DNA of 62,884 bases, the filler included, from Phoronis australis (lineage: Eukaryota; Animalia; Phoronida): assembly GCA_002633005.1 (NCBI GenBank). It is 4 parts of 4 records of this genome, joined end to end, with 100 filler letters (N's around TTAATTAATTAA, not from the genome) between each part and the next. Parts side by side here need not be neighbours in the genome. Positions count along the whole stretch, not along the records: positions 21,324 to 39,374 come from NMRA01001476.1; positions 39,475 to 60,412 come from NMRA01000133.1; 2 more parts are not named here. One strand, given 5' to 3'. How positions within the stretch are numbered: position 1 is the stretch's first letter; every line of letters begins with the position of its first letter. The position numbers were made by a program, and so were the translations under genes. Positions 38,404-52,600 of the stretch are shown piece after piece. The notes beneath the pieces are model-generated. The model was not told the origin of the DNA and did no database searches. It saw only the letters and a program-made list of their open reading frames with translations.

Positions 38404-39374
38404 CAGGCCCGCAGGAAGGCAAAAACTTTTTTTTGGAGGGGGGACACAAACCATGTCGACTTCGCCAAACAACCCCCATCGCCACCACCTCCACCACCTC
38501 CCCCCCGTCACTTCCGTCTTCCCGATTCCACCATATTTGTACCGAATCTCCCACGTCCGCCCTACGTGAGGGGTGGCACAGTTAGGGTTGGTCAAGGAGC
38601 TATGGCCCCCCTAAAATTCGCCCAGATCCCACTTGGCAATTCAGGGGTGCGAATTTCTTACGGGTAAAACTCTGGCTAATACTCTGCCCTGCTCCCCCCA
38701 CTCAAAATCCTGGACCTGCCCCTCGGACAATCCCGGAGTAACCGTGAACCAGTACGGAGAGTGAGAATGGGCCTAGGAGCAGTACACCGACCGGTAACGA
38801 GAAGCTCCCTCAAGTTCCTATAGCTGAGATCTAACAGTGTGAAAATACGATACGAACTAAAGCTAGTTGCTGGTCAGCTGAGCTGCGATTTACTTTAGAC
38901 AGGCAGCTCGCACCAGCCGTCTGCGCTCTCTCTAAGGTCAAGATTCGTCTTTTTGTGTTCCATTTTCGGAAAACTTTATTTTATTGTGGTCATTCTTTGA
39001 AGGAGTTTTTTTGAAAAGGTGAGGTCCCGAAGTCCCTGGTATAGTGTCTTTGGAGCTGTTTCAAAATGCCTAATTGAAACACGCCCGGTAGCCTAATTTG
39101 TGGTGGCTGTGTCCCAAAAATGTACACACTTCCTGAACGCCTGGAGTTCAAATTCAGTTCCCGTGGATCACTGAGATTCTGCGCGGGCCTGCTGCATGGT
39201 TTCATATTATTTTTAACGTGGGTACATCAGTAATGACGTGCACGCGAATCAGAACAAGCAAACACTACAGTTTCGAAGAACAAAAATTCATTGCTTAATA
39301 CTACTGGAAACTAAAAATACCAAGAAAGTGCAAAGACAACCTTTTGAACAAGTGAGTTTAATTTTATTTCTTTA
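38404..39374 (-). mobile_element. Second, inverted copy of the hAT-like element end seen at about 18150-18994
   Basis: Begins CAGGCCCGCAGGAAGGC; colinear inverted similarity (e.g. translated MGDSVQIW and FQxGILKQxQRHY in both copies); runs into the gap. Confidence 0.8.
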
Positions 39375-39474
39375 NNNNNNNNNNNNNNNNNNNNNNNNNN
39401 NNNNNNNNNNNNNNNNNNTTAATTAATTAANNNNNNNNNNNNNNNNNNNNNNNNNNNNNNNNNNNNNNNNNNNN
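39375..39474. other. Assembly gap with TTAATTAATTAA linker
   Basis: 100-bp N block. Confidence 0.98.
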
Positions 39475-39558
39475 TCCCACCACATTCACACCACATTCCC
39501 ACCACATTCACACCACGTTCCCACCACAGTCACACCACATTCACACCACATTCACACC
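39475..39558 (+). repeat. Short tandem repeat of ~11-bp (cacaccacatt / cccaccacatt) units
   Basis: Visible array abutting the gap. Confidence 0.85.
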
Positions 39559-39899
39559 AGTCACTACTCTTCATACATCCAGGTAAGACTGAGCACGAGG
39601 AGACAAGAAACTTTGAACAGGATCAGAATTTGTGAGTGATCTACCATATCCGCTCGGGTAATTAACCTCATCTGGATATTATCCCCATTTTTGTGCATAA
39701 GCCCACCTTCTAGGATATTAACCCACCCCCAATTTTTCTTTAACGTACCTGGTTGCTTAATCAGTCAACGTCCTCCTCTCTCGCCTAATGTGGGCTTATG
39801 CGAAGCAGATCCAGATATCGTGCATTCATTGCAACAATGAGTCAGTGAGTTATACGAGCACATGGGTGTGTACAAGAATATCTCATATAAGTCCACTAT

Positions 39900-40221
39900 A
39901 TTGTGTAAACTGATGTCACCTATCCCTTTGTTAAACAATAGCAATGTTGTTTATCAGGTTGAATGCGATAATTGCAATGAATTCTATATCGGACTCACAC
40001 AGAGATGTCTCTGTGACAGCTTGAGAGAACATCACACCTCAGACAAAAGTAACGTCTGTAGGCATTGTGTCTGTAACACCAAGCTAATTCAGTCAGTATA
40101 ATCTGTAAAGAGCCTGTAAATAAATTACTTTATGTTAAAGAGTCATTGGCCATTCAGGATCAGCATGCTTCTGGTTCTCTGAAGAACATGCAGATCTCAG
40201 TGACCCTACAGCTATGGTGAT
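39900..40221 (+). mobile_element. Penelope-like element GIY-YIG endonuclease remnant
   Basis: SNVVYQVECDNCNEFYIGLTQRCLCDSLREH...SNVCRH then, after stops, KESLAI; typical PLE endonuclease motifs. Confidence 0.8.
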
Positions 40222-40626
40222 GACCTGCTTACTATTTCCTGTCATTGTTGCTACACTTATTTCACTTCATGCACGATTGTCCATTTTTTGATCCTATTAG
40301 TACGTTCTTGGAGCTCCCAACGACAAGATCATGGGCGTACAGACCCAATGGATGCAGTATTTAGGGACTAACCCTTGAACTGTTGCAGGTGTCTGTTGTA
40401 CAAGGCAGCTACTGACAGCACCACTTAGGAATTTTTTTGTGAAGAGTACAATTTGCTAGTCTGTTCTGGAGATTGTTTGCTAATTAGAGTTTTCTTGCCC
40501 TGGCTTAATGGGGTCATGGACAGGTTTCAAGTGGACTCTGTGATAGCATTATCAATGTTTTTTAGAAAATGTTTTGTATGGATGCCTGATCTAGTTGATT
40601 TATTTGGTAAGTTACTTTTAGCTTAA

Positions 40627-40952
40627 AGCCCCTAAACCGCCTTCCATCATGAAAGCTGACTTTTTGATTTAGACCAGTTGTCCAAATTGGTCTCAAATTG
40701 TTCGTTAGTCAAATTATGGGTGATTTCAGGGGTTTGAAGGAACTAACAGTTCGTTATTGCTTGAGACACGGCATTACAAGTGTTATTCAGCAATCATGGT
40801 CTTGAGGAATAACGATATGTCAGCTGTTACAGTAGCAAACCCTGGAAATCCCTTTTCATTTGAGTAAGGAACAAGTTGAGTCCAATTTAACAGCAATACA
40901 TGGTCTAAATCAAAAGTTTGCTTCTTAGACAGAATGTTGGTTTATGCATACT
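40627..40952. mobile_element. TTAA-flanked MITE (Kolobok-like)
   Basis: TTAA at 40623-40626 and 40953-40956; long imperfect TIRs including ttttgatttagacca / tggtctaaatcaaaa. Confidence 0.65.
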
Positions 40953-42104
40953 TTAACTTGAAACAGAGGCCATGAGTTTGCGGTCATCTAGAATTGCTAT
41001 TACTTTTAAGAATATGTTAAATCAAACTCATTCGCAAAATGTCTGAATCCATCTCGATGAAGCACTTTGGCTGTGAGCAAGTATGTCACACAGAAACTGC
41101 ACTGAGTTTAACTTCCTCATGTTCTTTAATTAGCAGACGTGTTATCTATTGAAACACTTGAGCTACCCTATGCTGTTGTAGAGATTTTAACATAACTGAC
41201 ATATGAGTTGTAGAGATAGGATTTATGTAAAGGGTCGGGATCATTTCCAACAGTAAAGCTTTGATATATTAGTGTCTGAGAATGAGTGCGACAAATTAGG
41301 ATTTTCTGCTTCTGAGATAGAGCATCAATTCAATTTAATTGCTGTGTCCTTTTTTAACTCTGGTCTGAGCAGAGTGTCGAGGTAAACTGCGATGTTAACT
41401 GAACTGTTCATACCAGCTTCTGTAATAAACGTACATCGAAGTGAACAGTTGGTGATGCAGTTGTCATCGAAGTAATTGTAAGGTGGCACTGATGCATGGC
41501 GTGCACGCTAAGATTTTTTTAATGTTACAATATGGGAACATTTACATTTACATTTCAAATTAGATTGGTGATTATTCGAGCAAAAATGTGGCCATGAGAC
41601 AGCTCTTTAATTGTTGACGATAACAAGCTACTGGTGGTAACTTCGATGGGACGGAAGTAATGACCGTTTGTACAGACTGCACCACAGCATCGGCACTCCG
41701 CTGTTTAATCCAACTGTTTGGTGCGAAGTTAGTTGGCGCTGTTAACTTCGATCCAGGACCGAAGTTAATCACTCATACTGACCGCAACTCCCCAAAACAG
41801 CGAAGCGTCGACATTAGTATGAAAGGGACTTACATGTGACATTTAGGACTATTAAAACGCACTGGTTCATATGAATTGAGGAGTATGGTTGTGACATTAT
41901 TTTTAATGATGTAACTGGTTCTTAAAAGATGGTTTATAAGTGAAATTAATGTCAATGAGAGAATGCAAACAATACAGTAATCATTGAAAGATAACATTTG
42001 TGGTCAATGCGCGAAGGAGTCTATGGGAAAAATCTTCATGATGTAGACAAATTTGAGAAGATCGCTGTTTGTGTGTTTTGAAGGGATAATTGGATTTCTG
42101 TATT

Positions 42105-42215
42105 GGACCGCTGCTCTCATTGGTACAGTGGACTGATCTACACAGATGGTAGGTTCCAGGTCCAAACCCTGGTCTTGGCATCAATATTTTCAGACTTGTG
42201 GTAACAAAGTTACGT
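42105..42215 (+). repeat. Possible degenerate tRNA-derived SINE head
   Basis: A-box-like ctcattggtacagtg and B-box-like ggtccaaaccctggtc at tRNA-like spacing; no intact cloverleaf. Confidence 0.3.
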
Positions 42216-45200
42216 GATATGACCACATATGATTGTAGGGTATAATCTACTGTATGCATGCAGAGAACCAGAGTCTGTGACATTTAGCAGGAAAAACACT
42301 GACGTAAGCTCTAAAAGCTCTTGATTTAAATGCGTTTGGATTCACCATCAACACACTTTCAACAATTCTAAGAATTTAGATTTTAACATCAAGTACCCAG
42401 TATGTCTCTTGGTTTGAAAATGACACTGTCCGTCATGTGAAGTCATTGGCGTTGTCACATTTAGGATGATAGGATGATGTTCTCTTGACGGACAGTATGC
42501 TGACATTTGAAGGAACTCTGCCGACAGAGTTTCACATTGTGGAGTTTCACTCTGTTGGTGTAAACACATTTCCTGTAGTTCTTGGAAATGTTAATTAGCC
42601 TCTAACTTTCGGTAGTTTAGTGTGAGAAATGTGAGAATGCTATACATAGTCATAAATCGCAGTGTCAGCGCTTGGGGGGATTAAGTAGCTAATGAGCTAT
42701 AGACTATGAATTTGACTGTCAACTTTGTCAACAACAATAAAGATTAAAAATGTTTAACTTAGCCTTTTACAAGCTTGGTTTGTGCAGTGTGTATATCATA
42801 AAACAACATTTGATGAAGTTTTTTTACATGCACTTTGTAAAGTAGAAAAATGACAATTTTGGCTATTATTTTTGTCTGATACAAGTGGATAAATACCGTT
42901 TATTTGATCATTTTGGCCCATGCAGCTGTATCGATATTGCGCCTATATTCAGAATTATAGTAGGCACATGTATCTGTACATGAAGCGCTAAAGTAAAACC
43001 GATGAGCAAAGTTATATTAAAATGTTATGTGAATTAAGGCCGATTTTTTCATGACAAATGGTAGATGTTGAATTGTATTCAATTTAACAGTATGCAAAAC
43101 TCGTTAAATGCTCAACACTTGTCGATGTTGACTGTCTTTATTCCATTCCGTATCCTCGGAACAAAGTTCGAATATTCAACAGAACATTGGAAAAATAACC
43201 GGCCAAGAGACATCTTGATTGAAAAAGACACACCATATTTCGAAACACACTAGTTTCATTCTCAGGATGAAACAGTATTAATGAAAAATATTGAGAATGG
43301 ACAGAAATACAAATGACACCACGTTTAATGCGTACACCAATGCTGAGTCACTTCCACATTATCATTGAAGATTAGGCACATGGGTCTACACGTGAAACAA
43401 TTCAGTTAAAAAAAATCTTTTGAAAAAGTTGTTTTGAATATCAGCTCCCCTGTGGTGCACCACCATAAGCGGTGCAGCACTGAAAAATATGGGGATGCTA
43501 TAGCCCCCAGGCCCCTATGGTGCGCCGCCCATGATATAACCTGAAACCAGAAATGCAACCACTTTTGTGAAGTTTAGTAAGAACACACACTCACTTCCTT
43601 TATTTATTGAAAATGCCTTTTACCTTGTTTTGACATACATGGGACAACAGAGAGTGATAATAAGGACTTAGCCTAAGGCCCATTTCTTTAATACTGCATT
43701 TTTTCCATGACGTCCTACCACCTTTTGAACACAATGTGTATCTCATTCATGGTTTCTTAATGGAAATGAATACCCACAATGCAAACCTGTTTCTGGCGAG
43801 TTAACGTCAATTTCTATTGTTCTGTGGATATACTTCTTTTTGTTAAGAACACAGTGAAATTTGTCCGAGAGAATGCTGTTTTGTCTCTCAGCAATGCCTT
43901 CTGTTTGCGTAGTAATTCAAACAAATATTACACATTTTTTGAAAATTTTCACAATTTCTTTTCAAAGAAAGTTTCAGTAATTTGTTGATAATGCTAGTGA
44001 TGAATGCGCAAAAATAGTTCTAATTTGAAGTTTAAATTACATTTAATTCAATCTAATTTCTTTAATTTATTTTAACAAAATATCAAACGAAAAAATAAAA
44101 GGTAACAAGACGATAGCGAGTATAGAGGAGTGGAGTAGAATATTTGATTTTGAATTGCCCTTGAGCTAAAGGATTCAAATTTTGTATCAATCGTGTGTGG
44201 ATTTCATCGTCTGTAGATTAATAAAGTCTTAACTAGGCAGTTTACCAGTAGTCGTAACTTGCCTGCATTTTGAGAACCAGTTTTCTCCACTGAATAACAG
44301 GCATCAAACTGGTTCTTAAAATGTGGTCCTGTTATGTCAAGACTATTGCCAGTTTAGCCAGTGTTTTTACTGATGACAATTTTCAATCCATTATCACAAC
44401 TCCCACACCTTGCAATCCCACGTTGTCAGAGCCGTTCTGTTCACCGTGTTGATAGGACTCATTGTTGTCAGGTGCTAAAAAATGCTAATTGACCAATCTG
44501 CGATGATGCGTGTTTGACAAACACAGCACAGCCTGTATGGACACTGAGGTCAGATATTTTTGTTCTTTGTATTGATGTATTTTGTTATTTTTCAGTGGGA
44601 AATGTGAGTCTTATGATATTGTTTTTGTGAGATAGGGTTTACTTTGTGTGACGTAAGTTCTGAAATGTCAATGTGGAAAAAGCTTGACCGAGTTAGGAGC
44701 GGGAGTTCTCCACTTATTTTGGTCAAAAATAATTGCCAAAACTGTTATTTTCCAAATCCAATTACTTAGCTGCAAATATTGTTTTATGTCATCTTCACTG
44801 TTAAAAGCATGCTGGTAATAGACTAATTTTTTTAGTCTCTATTTTTGTGACGAAATTTGACAAAAAAGAATTTCACTCGCTAGCCATATGTTCTAAATAT
44901 GTCAGAATTACCACGAAGGCAGAAATTTTTGTGTAAAAAAGCTCCACGGAATGAAGTACACCTTGTTCATGAGAGAATGTTATATGTTCAAAGAATTTAT
45001 GACATAGTCTCTGTAGTAGTAGCTGGTAATGCGTTTTATAAGATTATTTTGAGTTTCTTACTAAATGTGAAAAACTACATAGGTGATCGTGCCAGGTACT
45101 TTAACACCGATGTGGACTTTTGAATGTTTATGAAGTGAAGGTTTCGTTTTCTCAAATGAAATAGTTCTGAAATAAGTCACTAGTCTTTCAGTTTCTGTAA

Positions 45201-46524
45201 TGGAAGATCTGAGCCTAAATTTAGAAAATTATACTCCCGGGGGGTTCTCTCATAGTCTATAGTATATGATGGTATGTGGTGCTCAGAAAAGGGGAAGAAA
45301 AGTAAGGGAATAGTTTAAATTCTGCTCTTCAAGAATCTTTACGAAATGGTTGGGCTTATGGAATTAAAGGGGATAGTGTTTCATAAACAAAACCTCGACT
45401 AAAGGATGTTTTTTCATGGAAGCTTCCTGCTGACAGCCCTTCTTTTTGAGTCCACTCTCTAAATGGTTTCTTATCGTAATTTTCCATTTTCCTGCCCATC
45501 AAAAATGTGTTTGAGTACCGCCCGGGGTTTTCTATATGTGAAAGATTTCAGACAAAGCTCGACTACAGTTGTGGTCCATGGATAAAGGGGTAGAATTGTT
45601 TACTGTCTTCTGTCTCATAGCAGGATATGACCGTTGTCAACACTGTTCCTCAGTCCTTGCCTCTCTGAGTATACTGTTGTTTTCTTGTGCATTGCCACAG
45701 ATGCACGCAGTGATTGTTGTAGTTTTCTCCCTCGTATTACATAGTTATCTCCCTTGTATTACTGTACATACCGGTATATTCAATCTTGGTGCTGCACCAT
45801 GTTTGTAATGGTCAGAGCCATGTTTGGAAACCTTTAGTTATGCTTGAAAAGCTCTGACCCATACTCAAAATCTTTATTCTTGTTTAAAAAGCTCGTGTAT
45901 GTCAGCTTTACAAGGCAAATGATTGAAATAGAGTTGTCAAGTGGTACATTTTTCTTTTGCTGTAAAAATGACGGTGACATACTCGGAAATGGGAAATAAT
46001 GCGTAACTATAGTTACTGTTTCTGTGGATTAGTTGAGAAGAAGATAAGAATGTGGATATAAACGCTAAGTTTGCAAGTGTTTGAATTTGAGCTCGGAGTG
46101 AGTATTGCATTGGAAAAACGTTTTATTGACCAAGCCGACAATTTCATTATAATAAGATCGTTGTATTGATAATAGGAGTGCTTTTACACCATCTACTCTA
46201 GCGCCATCTTATGACAAAACATATAGCATGCTGCTGCTATACCAGAGAATGGTTAGTGTTATGAGTGCAAAGTCATTTTTGTTTCGACAATTGACCTAAA
46301 TGTTTTGTCAGTGTGCATTCACTTAAGATGAACACTTTATTCCGTAAGTTTACATGCATGTTTTCTTTTAATTACAGTTGCAGTTACAAGATGCTACCCA
46401 GACCTGTTTTCATGTTAGCTTGAAGTGCTGGAATGAGTGTGTTGATGTAACAACTGTACATTGGCTTCAAGGATTCGTGTGAGACACATGTAATGTAGAG
46501 AGTGATCAGAATCGTCTTCTAAAT

Positions 46525-46668
46525 ATGAGTGGTGAGGAACGAGAGTTGAAGAAGGAACTCATGGTGAAGCGGGCTCAGATGAAAAGTACGTGGACATCGG
46601 ACAATTATAAAACCCGCTGGTTCGTGCTCACTCCTTCTGCGTTGCGGTATTATGATGGATCGCTCGAG
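46525..46668 (+). CDS. Tec: Tec/Btk-family tyrosine kinase, first coding exon (PH domain N-terminus)
   Basis: MSGEERELKKELMVKRAQMKSTWTSDNYKTRWFVLTPSALRYYDGSLE resembles Tec/Btk KRSQxK...NYKxRxFVLT...LxYY; donor gtacgt at 46669; likely exon acceptor near 46377. Confidence 0.9.
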
Positions 46669-49600
46669 GTACGTGACACAAGCTAGTCCCACTGGTCGAT
46701 GTACAATGTCGTAAGAGAGACCTGTCACAGCTTTTCAAAGTAAAAGCGTCTCTGCAAGCCTTAAAGTGGCATGTTGTCACTGTTGTGTTCTTCCTTTTGT
46801 CATGTCAGGAGTGCCCCCTCTAAATCTGTCTATCAATCTGCCTATCAGTGAGTTATCCTCATGTTAGCTGTAAATGCTACACTTTTGGTCATCAGTCATG
46901 ATATGAATGTGATGAGAAGTTTGGTAAAATCCATGAAAGTGCATATAGTTTAGTATTTTAGATACATAGCAAGATTTCTCTCTACCTTGTCAAGAACTTG
47001 TCCCGGGGGGGGGGGTTTGTTATCACTTGTCTCTTGTCTATAAAACTTTGAAACATTCTTACATCGTTACCTATTGTTTAATCATGGCAACATACTTGCC
47101 TATTTATTGCTCACTAATAAAGCCCTTTTATGATAACACTGGGACCAGGATGTATGCCTAGTGATAAAGTATGTCCTATTCTTGTATCCTGAACATTTTG
47201 TCACTTTCTTTGCCTTAGGGTCTAGATATTCAATTCCTTCTTAATAAATAATGACCTTGTTTTTGCCCCATGTCAGATGAAAGTTTCCTGGGTAGTGCCA
47301 AGTGTCGCTTTTCCATAAGGGACTTCACAGTTCATGAAGTCATAGAAAATAGCCAGTGAGGCAATGTTTTCATGCAGCCCCATAGTATTGAGCATCGAGA
47401 TGAATGGTCGTGTGTTTTTGATTGGTATTCTTGAGTGTGGGACAGCCAGTATTTCCTGTTTCTTAAATTTGGTACAAAATAACAAAATTTTCACTGTCCC
47501 AAATGGGAGAACTGTTACTGTGGTATGGTGAAAACTCTTCATTTTTAGGACAAAAATTTCCATATTTCTATTTTTCATAGGCTTACCACATTGTTACAAA
47601 TGCTCCACATTTTACCAAATGTTCGGTAATAGCTATGCTATGCTAAAAGCAAAGTAAAATGTCCTGAAAAGTTGTTTTTCCTGCGAAATTTGAAAACATG
47701 AAATTTCGCCTGTCTGCCACATTGTGTTTCAAACTCAAGAATTTTTACCCTAATCATTGTTATCCTATGAATAACGTCTAACATTTTGTACAATCAAGCC
47801 GTGATTTTCATTGCCCCAAATTCTAAACCCCAGTAAATCTCCATGTAAAATTTACGAACACAGACAAATGAGCTCAATGGATATCCTTTTACTAAACTGT
47901 CAGCACTATTTGACCAGTGTTAGTAATTCATGCTATTTCCTGTAGTCATTTCTCACACATCTAGGTGTGTGCCATATATTACTTGTCCCTGATTCAAAGC
48001 AGTCACTGAGATCAAATTTATGAAAATAAAAAGTGAAACTTGAACCAAGCTTACTTTGGAAGTGATGATAATTAGGCTGACCCTGGATATGGTAGGGCCA
48101 ACTTTTAACCCCAAACCTTTGACGATTGAAGTCTTACCACGGCTTGTTTCCTTGTCAAATCTTGTACCCAATCAACGTGTGGGAAAATAATAAATTATAT
48201 CATAAGAAGATGAAAATCCACTAAGATTTTGAATTTTTTGATTTTTGTTGGCAACAGTTGGTTGGGACTCGGCTCCCTAAATTGCCGAATATGTATTTTC
48301 ATTTGCCAGTAAACTGTTGTTGACGAAAATATTCACAAACATTTAGGACTACCCTATTCAAAACCCATAGAGGGTATTTAGCCAGCTCCATAAACCCTAA
48401 ATGTTAAGGTTATGTTAGATCTTATGGAGGAATGCTAATTCAAAGTCAATTACCAGAAAAACTAGGCCGTGTCAACTGTAAAAGTATATTTTCTGAAAGA
48501 GGAAGGATCAGGGATTATTAAAATACTCTTTTTACTTACGTGTCATAGTTATTATAAGGTGGACACCTTTTTAAGTCAAATTTTCAGTTTTAACAAAGGT
48601 ATATTCGTAGCACAAATTCTCAGTAGTTGATTTTAATGAAGAAGCCTGGCGTTAAAAGTTTCAGACATGCTTCAGACCAGTTCTGTATTAGAGGGAGAAC
48701 TTTGGTGATTATAAATTACTTGCTAAAACTATGATAATAAACAGAAAAAAAATCGCCTTTGCTGATTGTCTGCTTCAAGGTCGTGTCATGTTATTGTAGG
48801 TTATGGCAGGCTCAGTTAGCATCCGACTGGAGACCTAGTGTTTATTTCCTCATACCTATCCTCTCTTTGTACCGACATTGAATAAAGGTTTCTGCACTGT
48901 TTATGATTGCCAGTTTGACACAGTAACCTATTTCTGCACTTGCATAGATTTAATTTTTGAATTGTTATACTAATTGATGTTCCTTGTTATTTTTTGACAT
49001 CTGACACTGTGAGTCAATCAATTAACATTCTTTGTGAATTTGACCACGGTTCCCAATCTGGTCACAGTAAGTTTAAGATTTTCGAAGTACTTTCAAAAGC
49101 TATTAATCTGATTACTGTCTACTGTCTACTTATCAACTTTTGTGTCTTCATTGCTGTGTGACTGGTAGCCCTTAAAGTGCTGACCTTGGATAATAAATAA
49201 TGAGTGCCTACCTAAAGTTTAATTGCTCGCTTCAGTCTCGTCACTCATTGAATTCTTTCCAATGTTAGTTACGGAGAAGGAGCTGAGTGGTCGTGAAACA
49301 TTCAAAGATGATGAGCTCTTCATTAGATTGTTAACATAAATATTGGGGTGAAGAAAGTCAATGTCATTTATCGACTCGGTAGTTTGTTCTTTATTGGTCA
49401 TAAATATGGAAAAGGAAATTTCGGAATGTGACTTGGCATGAATTCCACAAACCGCCTACAGTACTTCAGTACATGCCCTGTCTGTGTTAATGCCCATTGC
49501 ACTGAAATTGGGGCACCTAAGTGGACGTTAACCCCAGCATCGGTGTTTATAAGCGAATTTTCTAAGACGTCAGGAGCGGGCGCTGACCTAACGGCCATAT

Positions 49601-52600
49601 GGGATAATTCCCAGGGAGTTTCATTGACGTTGGACCTCGTCTTCAGGAATCAAATAAAAATTTGGCAGTTTGTAGTCAATGTGGGAAGGGGCGTGGCCTC
49701 TAGAGTAATTGACATTTATTGCATACAGTAGTTTAGTGTTAGCGCTAAGCTTTTTAGTCATTCTGCCTTTAAATCTCCGATGCAAATATTACTTGCTACA
49801 AGCTGATGTGATTGGACGGCATAACTATGAAATTCCATTCCACAAGCCAAGATTTTTTTTTGCGAGTGTCTTTCTAGTATTATATGTTTTTATATGTAAT
49901 GCATATGTACATTTACATATACATACATGTATGCAGTCATTCATAGCAAACAAAAACAGTTCATATATCAGACTGTCGCGATATTAAAATACCATTTAAA
50001 ATAACATTGTCGCTGATACAGCTTTGTCCCTCAAACCCTTTGCAATATAAATAAGTCAGACTTTGAATGACAAGATTCAACATGTGATGAAACAAGACGG
50101 TGAAGTTTTGCTTACAAGGTTTAGAATATAAATGTTGTTATATGTATTTTCTTGATGTCCTGGTGTGCAATAAGTAATGCCTGATGTTCATTTTCAATAG
50201 TTTATCTCAACTAGAATAATATTTACACAATCGCCCCTGGCTTGGTAATGCCAACACATCTTCCCTCTTCTGTCTGAAGATGTGGCAAAAACATCACCAG
50301 TGATGAGTACTGTCCTGAGACTTTTATGTTTGACACATTCAGATTTACATGGAGAGGGTGTTACTTCCAGTATTTTGACCTATCAAGTGGTCTCAGGTGA
50401 AGTAATCTATTTGTCACTCTTTCTAATAGAAGTCTAAAAAATAAGGTCGCAGTGCCTTTTTGGCATGGAACTGATTTTTTTGTGTAATAAGGTCAAGACC
50501 AGCATGCATTGGAGGTCGTGACCTTTTATTATTTGCTGTTTGAAACTTGTTGGATTTTAAAGATGTTGAGGGATTTTTCTTATGTTTGTGTTCAATGTTA
50601 TTGTGATTATGATAGAAATTATACCAATTAACGTTTTTTCTTTTAAAACAATTTTTTATTTTTTCATAGTGCCTTGATCATCTTTATGATGCGTTTTGTA
50701 AACAAGAAATTATTGCTCGTACTTGCTTTAAATACTATATGTTTACTGTTGCTAATGGCATCGCAGATGTAACTGGATTGACAAGAGCGTAGTTGATAAG
50801 GAGGTTGCGGCCGGGTTCAAATACTGCTGAATGTTACATTTCTCATTTCCTGCCAAGTCGATATCTCAGAAGTAATTGTGGTTATAGCCACGTAACTATT
50901 CATGCTTCAGGCTTCAATCCCATTTCTTACAACAATCTGACAACAGATGGCACTGCTGCTCTATTCTACTTGTGCCTACACACTGGGGCTATACCGGGTT
51001 ACACAGCGATAGAACTCTCCTTTGTTCGAAAGTAAGAAAGGGTGGGTTGTTTTCAGGGGCCTAGTTATGGAATGTCAGGCATATTTTCACAGGTCATGTC
51101 GGAGACTGGCGAGACGTGTGGCTGTGGAAATATTCCACTAACTATTAACCCTACAAACTTGCTTTATCCACTCGCTACAATTTTTCTTGTCTTTGATTGG
51201 TGTCGGGAAGACGAAGAACTAATCATCATGCAACTATAGATATTTGTCAAGTTTATTCAAATTTCTTCCCCCGGAGTTGCATGAAGCAACACAACAGTAA
51301 TATTTCATTGCCATTGGAAGGAGGAATGGAGCCGGGGGGGGGGGGGGGGGGGAAANGGGGGGGGGAAATACTTGTAGAGCATATGACAACAACAAACAGC
51401 ATGTGCAATGGTAAAACTACTGCTGGCCTAGAGTGAAGAATGACTAATGTTTTAATGTAAATAGTAACCAGCTTGTCAGCAGTGACATGTGCCACCTTCC
51501 TGAAGCATCAGTGGGCGCAGGATGGTGGGAATTTTTGGGACATGTTAGGCACACCTTATTATACATGATAACACATGCTCAGTACCAAGCCATAAACTGT
51601 GCTCAGATTATCTGGACAGGGTAACTGATTTTTGATGAGATGAATATATTAAGACGTATTTGTATGTTCCTAATTATGCTAATGTATTGCACAAACTAAA
51701 TGACAGTGCTATTTGAACATCATCTACACTAAACAAAGTGGAGTTGTCTTCATTGACATCTCGTGAATGTGAAAACAAAAAATTCCACCAATAGGCGACC
51801 TTTCCACTAATGACGTACCGTGGGGGCTCTCATAACCCCCATCATGCAGTGTATTCCCCAACACTACGTCGCGATACTTACTGGACACGAATGAGAGATT
51901 TACGGTGGATTATTTTCGACACAAGACTCGTTCTTAAAAACACTTGGCAATTTTCAAGCTGCTTTATATTCACATTGCCGTCATATCTTGTGTTTCTAAC
52001 TAATTTGACCAAGCAATCACAGTGACAAGGAATTAGCGTGCAAGTTATACTTAAATAAAGCTCTACGCGCAACTTTTCCATACATGTGTGGTAGCACCAG
52101 AAACGTCCGAAATCCAAAATGTCACAAGTGTGAAATAAGGTTTGGCACGATTTTTCTCAATCAACTGAAAAAAACCATGTCCAAGATCACCTCGATTTCA
52201 GAGTAAAAAGTTGTGCCCCTTCTATTGAAAACGGCTACCTGCTACTGTAGTCAGCAGGATGTACTAAATCAGATACACCTCTTTAGTGAAGTCTGTGCAT
52301 ATTGCCATTGTGGGCAGATCTCGCACCTTCACTTTAACGCTTTGGGATTTACATCCACCTGTACTGGTTGTGGAAAGGTTGGTAAATTCTGCAAAATGGA
52401 AGTAGGGTAAAATGTTACCAATTTTGTACCCAGTGCGGTAGATAACGAAATATTTTATCTTATTTTTTACTTCAAGAGAAGAGGTACCATGTTTTTAGAA
52501 ACTATAGGCTTTTAAAAGCCTTTGAAAAACAAAAAAGCTCCATTTTAGCAATTATTTTCGAAAATGGTAGGATTTTGAGCTATTTACTATAGCTGTGTGG

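Noticed and set aside
50757-50830. B-box-like gggttcaaatac, possible tRNA gene
   Set aside because: No cloverleaf or acceptor stem; at most a decayed SINE head.
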